Positions 54,437 to 64,000 of a stretch of 64,000 nucleotides of DNA are shown here, in pieces. The stretch is from assembly GCA_013416795.1 (NCBI GenBank), contig RQSC01000015.1, forward strand, positions 229,696 to 293,695, in the 5' to 3' direction. Origin of the DNA: Prasinococcaceae sp. CCMP 1430 (Eukaryota; Plantae; Prasinodermophyta). The notes under the pieces were generated by a model. The model did no database searches, was not told the origin of the DNA, and saw only the letters and a list, made by a program, of their open reading frames with translations. The position numbers and the translations under genes were made by a program. Every line of letters begins with the position of its first letter. Position 1 is the stretch's first letter.

Positions 54437-57367
54437 ATGGCGACCGTGGCGCTCGCCGCGGCGCTCGCGATCAGTGCGCCGGCGCCTGCGGCAGGAGCGC
54501 TGCCCTGGTTGCCCGCGTGGCTAGGCGGCGCCCCGGGCTCAGACGGGCTCGCCATCGAGACTGTGTACACCTCAAAGAATCACTTTGGAGAGGGCTACCT
54601 GGCGGCGATCTTGGATGCTGGGCCCGAGGCAGTGACGCCGCGCGCGGCGCCGGGGGCCGGCTGGCGCCTGGTCATTCGCGGTGTGGAAGCCGCGCGCATC
54701 ACGGTGCCTGTCAACGTGGTGCTGCTGGGCTTTCGCGGGGATGGCAACGCCGCCGAGCGGCTGAGCGTCGACGAGGAGGAGACTGCGGCGTGGCTGGAGG
54801 CGCTCGACGTCGATAGGCCGCACGTCAGAGTGGAGCGTGGCGAGGGCGCCGGCGCTGTCGGCGACAGGGCGGTCGCGCGTGGGAGCCCTGTGCATCTCAA
54901 CTTCACCGTACATGCCGTAAACCTGGGCTCGCGTGCCACCGGCGTGATCGAGCGCCTCATCGCCGCGGCCTCGCGACCTGACGACCCGGAGGCGCCGCCG
55001 ACGGCCAGGCAGACCTACCAGGTAGACCGACACGAGCTCGCGCGCGCGCTCGACTCGCTGACCGACGAGCTGCGGCTGGGCGAGCACGGCTACACCATCT
55101 TCGTGGCCAACGTGCACCGGCAGCGCGGCATGCCGCGGTACGGCTACCGATCCGGGCCATCACCGTCCGAGGTGGAGGCGCTGCTCGACAACGACCTCCT
55201 GGCGCAGGCGCGCTCCGAGCTGCTGAGCGAAGCGGGCGAGGTCGTGCGGCTGGGTGCGGCTGGCGACAAGACGCGGGACCCTCTCGCGCCGCCCTCGTTC
55301 TTCAACGCGCACCTTCGCGATCGGCCGGCGCCCAAGCTTCAGGCTCGCGACCTGCAGTTTGAGGCGAGCGCCTGGGCGGCCGCGCACGAGAAGGATGTGG
55401 AGCGCATGGAGCGCGCGCGCGTGCAGTCGCAGATGGAGAGCGACCCCGATCCGCTCTCGGCGGTGTCGTCAGTGGCCGCGGCGGTGCTTGCTGGGAAGCA
55501 CGGGGATGCGGCTGCGGAGGGCCTCGCTCAGGCCATGGTCGAGCGCGCGCGCGCGGGTGGTGGATCGACCGAGTCGGTGGAAGGCGCTCCTTCCCTCTCG
55601 GAGTGCCTGACCGACGTGGTCTTCGGTGAGAAGCGCTGGATGTGGATCGACCTCACGGCCGGGCCCTTCTCGTGGGGGCCGCTCGACCCCGAGCGCGCCT
55701 CGGCGTTGCGATCGACGGGCTCGCTGCCCAGCGTGGAGACGATCCTCGGTGAGGGTGCGAAAAGCAGAGACCCCCGCGAGGCCGCGCATGAGGCCATGCT
55801 CCTCGAGCAGGAGCTGGAGTCGATGACCGAGTCGCGGTTTGCAGAGGTGGAGAGTGACGACGCGCACGACCTCGAGCTGATGGCCGCCGAGCTGGACGTG
55901 TACGAACAGTTCGCCAGGCGCCACTGCAACGGCTGGAAGACCGCTCCACCGACGTGCGTGCAACTTCACAAGCGCGTGGAGGCAATGGAGCGAGAGTACG
56001 CGTCGCTCAAGTCCGAGCTTGCGAGCGCTCCCAGAGACTCGCACCTCCACAAGGCGGTCGATCCCCTGCGCTTCAAACGTGTGCGCGCATTGGACCTGTT
56101 CGGCGTGGGCAGGCAGGCGCAGCGTGCAATGCACGGACGCGCCACGCTGCTGTCACGCGTGGGTGCGACCGTATCGCACGCGCTGCGCCACGTGGTTGCG
56201 CCGCCCACCGCCACGGGCGGTCGCTTGGGGTACTACGACCAGGCGCACATACACTTGTACCTGATCGAGCAACCGGGCCTGCCCATGGTGCTGCGCGCTA
56301 CCGCCGAGCGCGAGGTCGAGGCCGTGCAGCGCGCGCTCGAGTCGCTTTCGCTGCCGGCACAGGCATTTCAGGTCACCATCCACAAGCTCTCCCTGGCGGA
56401 CGACCCGGTGCTAGCGGTCGCGTACTCGGCCTCTCTGCGCTCGGCGAATGTGCCCGCACCAGGCGGGCCTGACGACGACAGCGCGGTTGCCCCACGCCAC
56501 TACCTCGACACTGCAGCGTTGCGCAAGCAGCTCTCTGCGGTGGACGAGGCCGCGCGCTCGCCCGCGAGCAGCGACGCACGCGCGCGCGCAATCCATCGCC
56601 GCACTGCGGAGATACCGGTGTTCCTCTTCGCCCTTGACATGGATCATCCGGTGTTCGTGGACAACACCGACCACACCGCCATGGCCGTTGGCGACATGGT
56701 CATCGGCGTGCAGAGCTCCGCCGGCATCGTGCCCACCGGGCTCGCGTGCGGCGGGCAACGCGTGGCATCTGACGTCGGCCGCCCCGCCAAAGCGCTGGTG
56801 GCCGCCACGATCGAGCAGCTGTCGGGCTTGCTGCCCCCGCATGTCTCTGCACCGGTGCTGGGGAGCGATGTGGAGGAAGACTGGCTGTGGGCGACGGCGA
56901 GTGGCGCGATGGGCGCGCTCTCGCCCGAGAGCGACGTCTACGAAGTGCACCGCGACGCCGTGCGCCGAGCTGCGATGATCCACGAGATCGAGGACGCGGT
57001 GGCCGCCGCGAACGAGGCCTACGATACCCTGGACGCGCTGCCGCGTCACGCGACGCACGCGTTCGCGCCCGGCGCCCTCGTGCGCGCGTATCGCGAAACC
57101 CTCGAGGGCATCGCCTCTGTGGGCAAGGCCGCGGGCGAGCTCGACTGGGAGGGTGCCGCGCGCGCGGTGGCGCCGCTGCGCGCCGCCGTCGCGGCGCTGC
57201 GTGCGCGCGTGGCTGAGGTCGCCGAGGCGGCCGATCCGGCGGCGTGCATGCGTCGCAGGCGGCTTGTGCTCGGCTGGCCGGCGCTGCTCGGCCTCGCGAG
57301 CGCTGGCGTGGCGCTCACCATCCTCTGCCTGCTGCGTAGCAAGCCGCACAAGGCGCATATCAACTGA
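54437..57367 (+). CDS. Conserved uncharacterised type-I membrane protein similar to plant At5g58100, about 976 aa
   Basis: Signal peptide MATVALAAALA, VPVNVVLLGF.GDG, CLTDV...RWMWIDLTAGPFSWGP, IPVFLF, then a C-terminal TM and KPHKAHIN (compare plant ...KPKIN). Recognition is from memory. Confidence 0.7.
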   Translation: MATVALAAALAISAPAPAAGALPWLPAWLGGAPGSDGLAIETVYTSKNHFGEGYLAAILDAGPEAVTPRAAPGAGWRLVIRGVEAARITVPVNVVLLGFRGDGNAAERLSVDEEETAAWLEALDVDRPHVRVERGEGAGAVGDRAVARGSPVHLNFTVHAVNLGSRATGVIERLIAAASRPDDPEAPPTARQTYQVDRHELARALDSLTDELRLGEHGYTIFVANVHRQRGMPRYGYRSGPSPSEVEALLDNDLLAQARSELLSEAGEVVRLGAAGDKTRDPLAPPSFFNAHLRDRPAPKLQARDLQFEASAWAAAHEKDVERMERARVQSQMESDPDPLSAVSSVAAAVLAGKHGDAAAEGLAQAMVERARAGGGSTESVEGAPSLSECLTDVVFGEKRWMWIDLTAGPFSWGPLDPERASALRSTGSLPSVETILGEGAKSRDPREAAHEAMLLEQELESMTESRFAEVESDDAHDLELMAAELDVYEQFARRHCNGWKTAPPTCVQLHKRVEAMEREYASLKSELASAPRDSHLHKAVDPLRFKRVRALDLFGVGRQAQRAMHGRATLLSRVGATVSHALRHVVAPPTATGGRLGYYDQAHIHLYLIEQPGLPMVLRATAEREVEAVQRALESLSLPAQAFQVTIHKLSLADDPVLAVAYSASLRSANVPAPGGPDDDSAVAPRHYLDTAALRKQLSAVDEAARSPASSDARARAIHRRTAEIPVFLFALDMDHPVFVDNTDHTAMAVGDMVIGVQSSAGIVPTGLACGGQRVASDVGRPAKALVAATIEQLSGLLPPHVSAPVLGSDVEEDWLWATASGAMGALSPESDVYEVHRDAVRRAAMIHEIEDAVAAANEAYDTLDALPRHATHAFAPGALVRAYRETLEGIASVGKAAGELDWEGAARAVAPLRAAVAALRARVAEVAEAADPAACMRRRRLVLGWPALLGLASAGVALTILCLLRSKPHKAHIN

Positions 57368-57597
57368 GCGCGGTCGGAGGTGGTTGCGCGGTCGTAAGGT
57401 GAGCTTTGGGGGGGGACGAAGCACCAGTGCGCGGACGCACGCGCGCGCGCGTGCGCAGGCGCAGTGGCGAGCGCAGGCCCCAAGCGGACGCGTCGCGCCA
57501 CGTGTTTTCCACCGGCTGAGCGAAATGAATGGCTACGGTCGGCTGTGGCACCGGCGGCGCACGTGCGCGTGCGCGCCGCGGGGCGCGCCGCCGCGGC

Positions 57598-58985
<1,388 letters not shown>

Positions 58986-59183
58986 CGCTCCTCCTCCCTC
59001 CCGCTGCTCCTGCTGCTGCGCGCGCGCGCGTGCGTGCGAGGGGGGAGGAGGGAGGGGGGGGCTGGGCAGCACTGCCTCTCGCGCGCGCTGTGGCGGGAAC
59101 GGATGCGATGCGCACAGATGCCGTTATCGAACCGCACTTATCCTCGCCATAATAACGGTTTTCAATGTAGGGTTATTTTATAT

Positions 59184-59210
59184 CCCATCAATGAGACTCA
59201 TTTTGATGGG
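59184..59210. repeat. Imperfect palindrome in the AT-rich region upstream of ADK
   Basis: CCCATCAA-TGAG-A-CTCA-TT-TTGATGGG. Confidence 0.7.
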
Positions 59211-59700
59211 TATTTTCGGTGTGTTTGTGGGGGGGCGATGTTTGGGTTTCGTCGTGCGCAAACTTCGCCATGCGAAGTTTATCGGCATCCAGGCTGTGAA
59301 GCAATGCATAGGCCCAGGGCTGACGTGCGTCCCCCGCGTGCTGACGTGTGCCGCGGCGTGGCAGGCCCGCGGCGCGTGCTCAAGGCCGCGCGCGGGGCAG
59401 CGCTCGCCGCGACGCCGTCCAGCCGGCCAGGCAGCGACCGTGCCGCGCGGCCGCCGCCCGACCGCCAGCACGCCGGGTGTGTGTGCGTCGGCCGCGTGCG
59501 TGTGTGTATTTTGTTTTGTTAAAGAGCCGCCGCGGCACGGCACAGCCGCGCCCCCGTGGGGCATTGCAGGGAGGGGGGCGGTGTGTGGCCGCGGGCGGCA
59601 CTGCCCGCGCTGCGTGTGAGCACGCGCGCACCAGCCACCACGCGCGCAGGGGTGGTGCGTTCATTAGATGGGCGGCACGCGTGCTCTGATCGAGACCGAA

Positions 59701-60745
59701 TTAGTCCACGTCGACCATCGCAGCCACCTCGCTCTCCGAGAACTTGCCCGCCGCCTTGCCGTCCTGCGCGGACTTGTTGCGGCGCTCGAGCAGCGCCTTC
59801 CTGTCCTTGTCAAGCTTGATCTTGGTGATCTCCACCTTGGAGGGGTCGAGGCCGACCGAGACCGTAGCGCCGTTGACCTTCTCGCGCGTGATGCGCTCGA
59901 CGTGGATCACCCACTTCTTGCGGTACACCGTGACGACCTTGCCCTCGCGGCCCTTGTAGGTGCCGCGCACGACGCGCACCTCATCGTCCTTGCGGATGGG
60001 CACGCAGCGCACCTGTGATGTGATGTTTGTGTGTGTGACGGAAAGGGGGGCATCCGCACGCACGCTAGTCAGCATTCGCGCACAGCGTGCCAGCGGCGAG
60101 CGCCCCCGAGCGCCCCGGGCACACACAAGAGAGAAGGAATGCAGCGAGCGGGACTGGCTGGGAAAAGGTCCGCGGAGGCGTGCGACGGGCGGCAATGCGC
60201 ACGGCAGCCGTCGCCCGCTCGCCGCGGTCATCGCGAGGGCAAGAGGGCAGCCCGGCGCCCATCGCACCCCTATGCCCCGCGCATGCTCACGATCCGTCCG
60301 CGAAAGGAGCGCGGGCGATGCACCTGGCTTCGCTGCTTCCCGCACCCGCGAGCGGCAGCGCGGCCCGGCGCTCGCGGCGCGAATCCTCACGGGCGGATGG
60401 TGGGTGGTGGCGGAGGCAGCGCGCAGCGCGGCGGCAGCCTCGCAGCGCGCATCGTGAGCGCCACGCCGGTGGCGGTGCCAGCCATCACGCTGGCCTTCGG
60501 CTACATGATCGTGTTCAACACCGACCTCGCACCCTGGCTGGGCTCGATGCCGCTAGCAGAGCGCCCCCACACGCCCGCGAGCCGCCGCGCCGCGGCGCGC
60601 CGCGTGCGCGACGCACGTTGTACTTCTGCTTGAGCTCGTTGGAGAGCGGCGTGGACATGCGGCGGCGGCGCTCCGACGAGGGCGCGTCGAAGTGCGCCTT
60701 GCGCTGCTTCCTGCGCGACGAGGTCACGTTCGCCGAGAACTTCAT
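59701..60745 (-). CDS. RPL26: 60S ribosomal protein uL24/L26, 146 aa; exons 60745-60617 and 60012-59701
   Basis: [23 protein letters not shown]...KYN|[17 protein letters not shown]...[19 protein letters not shown]. 604-nt intron. Confidence 0.97.
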
Positions 60746-61355
60746 GGCGGCTGGCGGGGGTGGGGTGCGTGCGCGCACTGTGGCGCGCGGCAGAGAGGAG
60801 CGACCGCGCGCAGCCGCCGCCCCGAAAACCAAAAAAAAAGAAAAAAAGGAGTGCAACGCATTTTCGGTTCCGTCGGACGAAATGAGCATCTTCGGCCCGT
60901 AATTAAATGACGATAATCGTACACAACGCGGCTTCGAGGAACGTTAAATCCAATCCGACGGGTTTTTTTAATGGTTTGTCTTTGTTTTTTGTTTTTTTCG
61001 GGGGGGTGCGGCGGGCGGCGTCGCTGCCGAGGCACCGTCGCAAAACCAACAAATAAATCAAAATCAAAATGTTCTGCTCTTCCGTATGTTTTGATAGTAT
61101 TTAAGATCAATGCATTTGGGAGGTATTTGGGTCGCACATCCGAAAATATTAGAGGTTCGCGGACAATAGGATGGCGCCACACGAGAGGTCTTTCGTAATT
61201 GTTATTTTGGACGGCGGGTGAGCGTGCGCACAGCGCACGGAGCGTGTGAGGGTGCTGTGTGCGCGCGTGCGTGCGTGCGAGCGTGGGGGGGTGGGGGGTG
61301 CGTGCGTGCGTGCGTGCGTGCGTGCGCACGTGCGTCGGTGCGCGCGCCGCGCGCC

Positions 61356-62487
61356 ATGTGTTCCCTGCGGTGTACGCGGTGGTGCGCGCGGGGGGGGGCG
61401 CGCACCACTCGCTGCGTCCGCGTCGCGCGCGCCGACGCCGACGCCGTCGTTCTCGCGCGGCTTCGCGGCGGCGGCGGCCTCTTCCTCCGCTTCGGCCTCC
61501 TCGCGTCGCGACTACTACGAGGAGCTCGGCGTCCCGCGCGGCGCCGACGCCGCGGCCATCAAGAAGGCGTACCACGCGCTCGCCAAGAAGTACCATCCCG
61601 ACGCCAACGGCGGCGACGCCGAGGCGGCCGCGCGCTTCCAGGACGTGCAGCGCGCGTATGACTGCCTGAAGGACCCGGCGAGGCGGCGCGAGTACGACGC
61701 GGCGGGCGGAGACCCGCGCGCGTACGAGGAGGGCGGCTTCCGCGCGGGGGGCGCCCAGGGCTTTGGCGGCGGCGGCGCGCAGGGCTTCGGCGGCTTCGGC
61801 GGCGGGCGCGTGGACATGGAGGACATCATGCGCGAGTTCTTCGGCGGCGGCGCGTTCGGCGGCGGCATGGGGGGAATGCGGCGCGAGGACGGCGCCACTG
61901 TGCAGGTGGAGGTGGAGGTGAGCCTGCGCGAGGCCGCCAAGGGCCTGCGCCGCACCATCAGCCTGCCCGAGGTGGACGCCGCCGGCAGGCAGACGGGAGG
62001 GGTGAGGCAGGTGGAGCTTGACATCCCCGCGGGGGTGGGCAGCGGCGTGCGGCTGCAGATGAGGGGTATGGGGGGGCCGCCGAGGACGGGGCAGGGGCGC
62101 GCGGGCGACCTCCTCGTGCAGGTGCGCGTGCGGCCCGACCCCACGTTCGAGCGCGACGGCGACGACGTGCACGTGGAGGCGTCGGTGCCCTTCCCCACGG
62201 CAGCGCTAGGCGGCAGCGTGCGCGTGCCCACGCTCGACGGCGACATCTCCATGCGCGTGGGCGCCGGCACGCAAGGCGGCGCGCAGCTGCGCCTGCGCGC
62301 GCGCGGTATGCCGCGCCTGCGCGGGGGCGGCCGCGGCGACCAGTTCGTGCACCTGAAGGTGGACGTGCCCAGGCGTCTCACGCCGCGTGCGCGAGAGCTG
62401 CTTGAGCAGCTGCAGGAGGAGCTCACCGATGGGGCCGCGGGCGACAGGGCGGGCGGCAAGCGCGCCCGCGCGGCAGGGGCCTACTGA
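61356..62487 (+). CDS. DnaJ/Hsp40 (J domain + G/F region + DnaJ_C, no zinc finger), probably organelle-targeted; apparent 1-nt frameshift in the G9 run at 61390-61398
   Basis: DYYEELGV...KKAYHALAKKYHPD and RDGDDVHVE...AALGG.V.VPTLDG. ATG 61356 joins the frame if the G9 run is G8. Confidence 0.88.
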
Positions 62488-63094
62488 GCGCGCCTCCCCG
62501 CGTGCCGCCGCGCGCACGCGCGCGCGCGCGCGCACACACACACAGAACCATTATTTTGTCGCCGCATGGGACTGCACCGAGGGGCACAGCTGCGCTGCAC
62601 GTGCCCGCGGCGCGCCAAGGCGTTGCGAATGTGAGAGAAAGGCTGTCGGACCTGCCCCCTCACGCAAACCAGCGCGCGAGCGAGCGAGCGCTCAAAGCGT
62701 ACAGCGCGTTCGCTCACGCACGCACACGCGAGCGCAGCCCGTCGCGCGGGCGCGAGCGCGTTGAGCGCGTGTCGCACAAAAGCTGCCGGTCTGCACAATA
62801 TTACGACAAACATCCCGGCCTGTCCCTCGCGTGGGCGCTGGCTGCAGCAATGGTAGCGCCCAGTTGTGGGGGAAGTCGGCGCGAGGGCGGGCGGGCGCGT
62901 CGAGGCGCTGCAGCGCGAGCGCCGGCCAGTGCGGGGGAGGCTCCGTGCCTCCCCTCCCGCTATGTATGCCGGCGCCTGCCTCGAGTGCGTCGCGCGCGCG
63001 CGCGCCGTGCGTGGTGGCACGGCGGCGGCGCGCGCGGCGCGCGGCCCGTCCCCCCTCCCCGTTCCCTTCCGCCGATCGCCTCTCGCGCGCACGC

Positions 63095-64000
63095 TTAGGC
63101 GATGGTGGAGCGGCCCACGACGTACACGCGGATGAGGTTGTCGGTGAAGCCAGTGAAGAGGGTGGAGCCGTCGGCGCTCCACGCCATCGACACGCAGTAG
63201 GGCGCCTGGGCCTTCTTGCCCATGGGCGGGAACTCCGGGCGGAGCTCGTCCACGATGGACTTGGACTCGAGGTCCCAGATCTTGATGACCGACTGGGTGG
63301 CCGCGCACAGCCAGTAGCGGTTGGGCGAGAAGCACAGCGAGTGGATGATGTCGCCGGCGTCGAGCGAGTACAGGCGCTTGCCCTCGGCGAGGTCCCACAG
63401 CATGGCGACGCCGTCCTTGCCGCCCGAGGCGCACAGCGAGCCGTCGGGGGAGACGGTCACGGTGTTGATGTAGCCGGTGTGGCCCACGAGGTTGGTGCGG
63501 AGCTTGCAGTTGGTGAGGTTCCACACCTTGACGAGCTTGTCCCAGCCGCCCGACACGATGATCGGGTTGGAGGTCACCGGCGAGAAGCGCACGCACGACA
63601 CCCACTCGGTGTGGCCCTCGGGCTCCTGGATGGTGTACTTGCACTCGCCGAGGGTGTTCCACAGCTTGATGGTCTTGTCGCGCGAGCCCGACACGATCTG
63701 GCGGTTGTCCACCGAGAAGGCCACCGAGAGCACGTCCTTGGTGTGGCCGAGGAAGCGGCGGGTGGTCGCGCCGGTGTTCAGGTCCCACAGGCGCAGGGTG
63801 CCGTCCCACGAGCCGGAGAGCGCGAACTGGCCGTCCGAGGAGATCACGACGTCCTCGACGAAGTGCGAGTGGCCCTTCAGCGCGCGGCGCGCATGGCCGT
63901 AGTTGCCCTCCTCGCGGGTGAGGTTCCACAGGATGACGGTCTTGTCACGCGACGACGAGATGAGGGTGTCGCCGTTGTCCAGCGGGCAGGCGATCGAGGT
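63095..64000 (-). CDS. RACK1: RACK1 (G-beta-like WD40 ribosomal protein), 5' part outside window
   Basis: [63 protein letters not shown] and [12 protein letters not shown]. Confidence 0.97.
   Translation of the reverse strand, partial: TSIACPLDNGDTLISSSRDKTVILWNLTREEGNYGHARRALKGHSHFVEDVVISSDGQFALSGSWDGTLRLWDLNTGATTRRFLGHTKDVLSVAFSVDNRQIVSGSRDKTIKLWNTLGECKYTIQEPEGHTEWVSCVRFSPVTSNPIIVSGGWDKLVKVWNLTNCKLRTNLVGHTGYINTVTVSPDGSLCASGGKDGVAMLWDLAEGKRLYSLDAGDIIHSLCFSPNRYWLCAATQSVIKIWDLESKSIVDELRPEFPPMGKKAQAPYCVSMAWSADGSTLFTGFTDNLIRVYVVGRSTIA

Noticed and set aside
62490-63094. 600-bp DnaJ/RACK1 convergent spacer with a GGGCGCT/AGCGCCC stem
   Set aside because: A short GC stem is expected by chance at this composition, and there are no RNA-family motifs. 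It is probably 3' UTR sequence.

Overview
This is eukaryotic nuclear DNA, GC-rich and gene-dense, from a green alga. A prasinophyte-grade lineage is an inference from the plant-type RHM, type-B response regulator, DUF789 and FtsHi3 genes, the short GT-AG introns with GTGCG donors and GCTGAC/GCTAAC branch points, and TGTAA poly(A)-like signals. About 30 protein-coding genes are supported: a partial ORF, COG1, AAMP/SQT1-like WD40, a carboxylesterase, SEL1/HRD3, COG4, a 65-aa spliced membrane peptide, a DExH helicase, FtsHi3, a BEM46/ABHD13 hydrolase, PRP43, ARR-B, SURF2, proline iminopeptidase, a GT2, RluA, DUF789, RHM, a SAP-like protein, a type-I membrane glycoprotein, a sulfotransferase, ABCG, TMEM237, TBCD, CLPTM1, an At5g58100-like protein, adenylate kinase, RPL26, DnaJ and RACK1 (partial). 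There is also an orphan ABC-F fragment, a 560-N gap and four single-N positions. The main find is an unannotated RNase MRP RNA gene (about 330 nt, minus strand, 21632-21302). It lies in sense orientation inside the unusually long intron of the BEM46/ABHD13 gene and has no visible Pol III promoter or terminator, which suggests it is processed from the host intron. Several divergent gene junctions lack 5' ends or look chimeric; these may be assembly or homopolymer errors. No CRISPR array, tRNA, rRNA or recognisable transposon was seen. All family assignments come from recalled motifs, not database searches.
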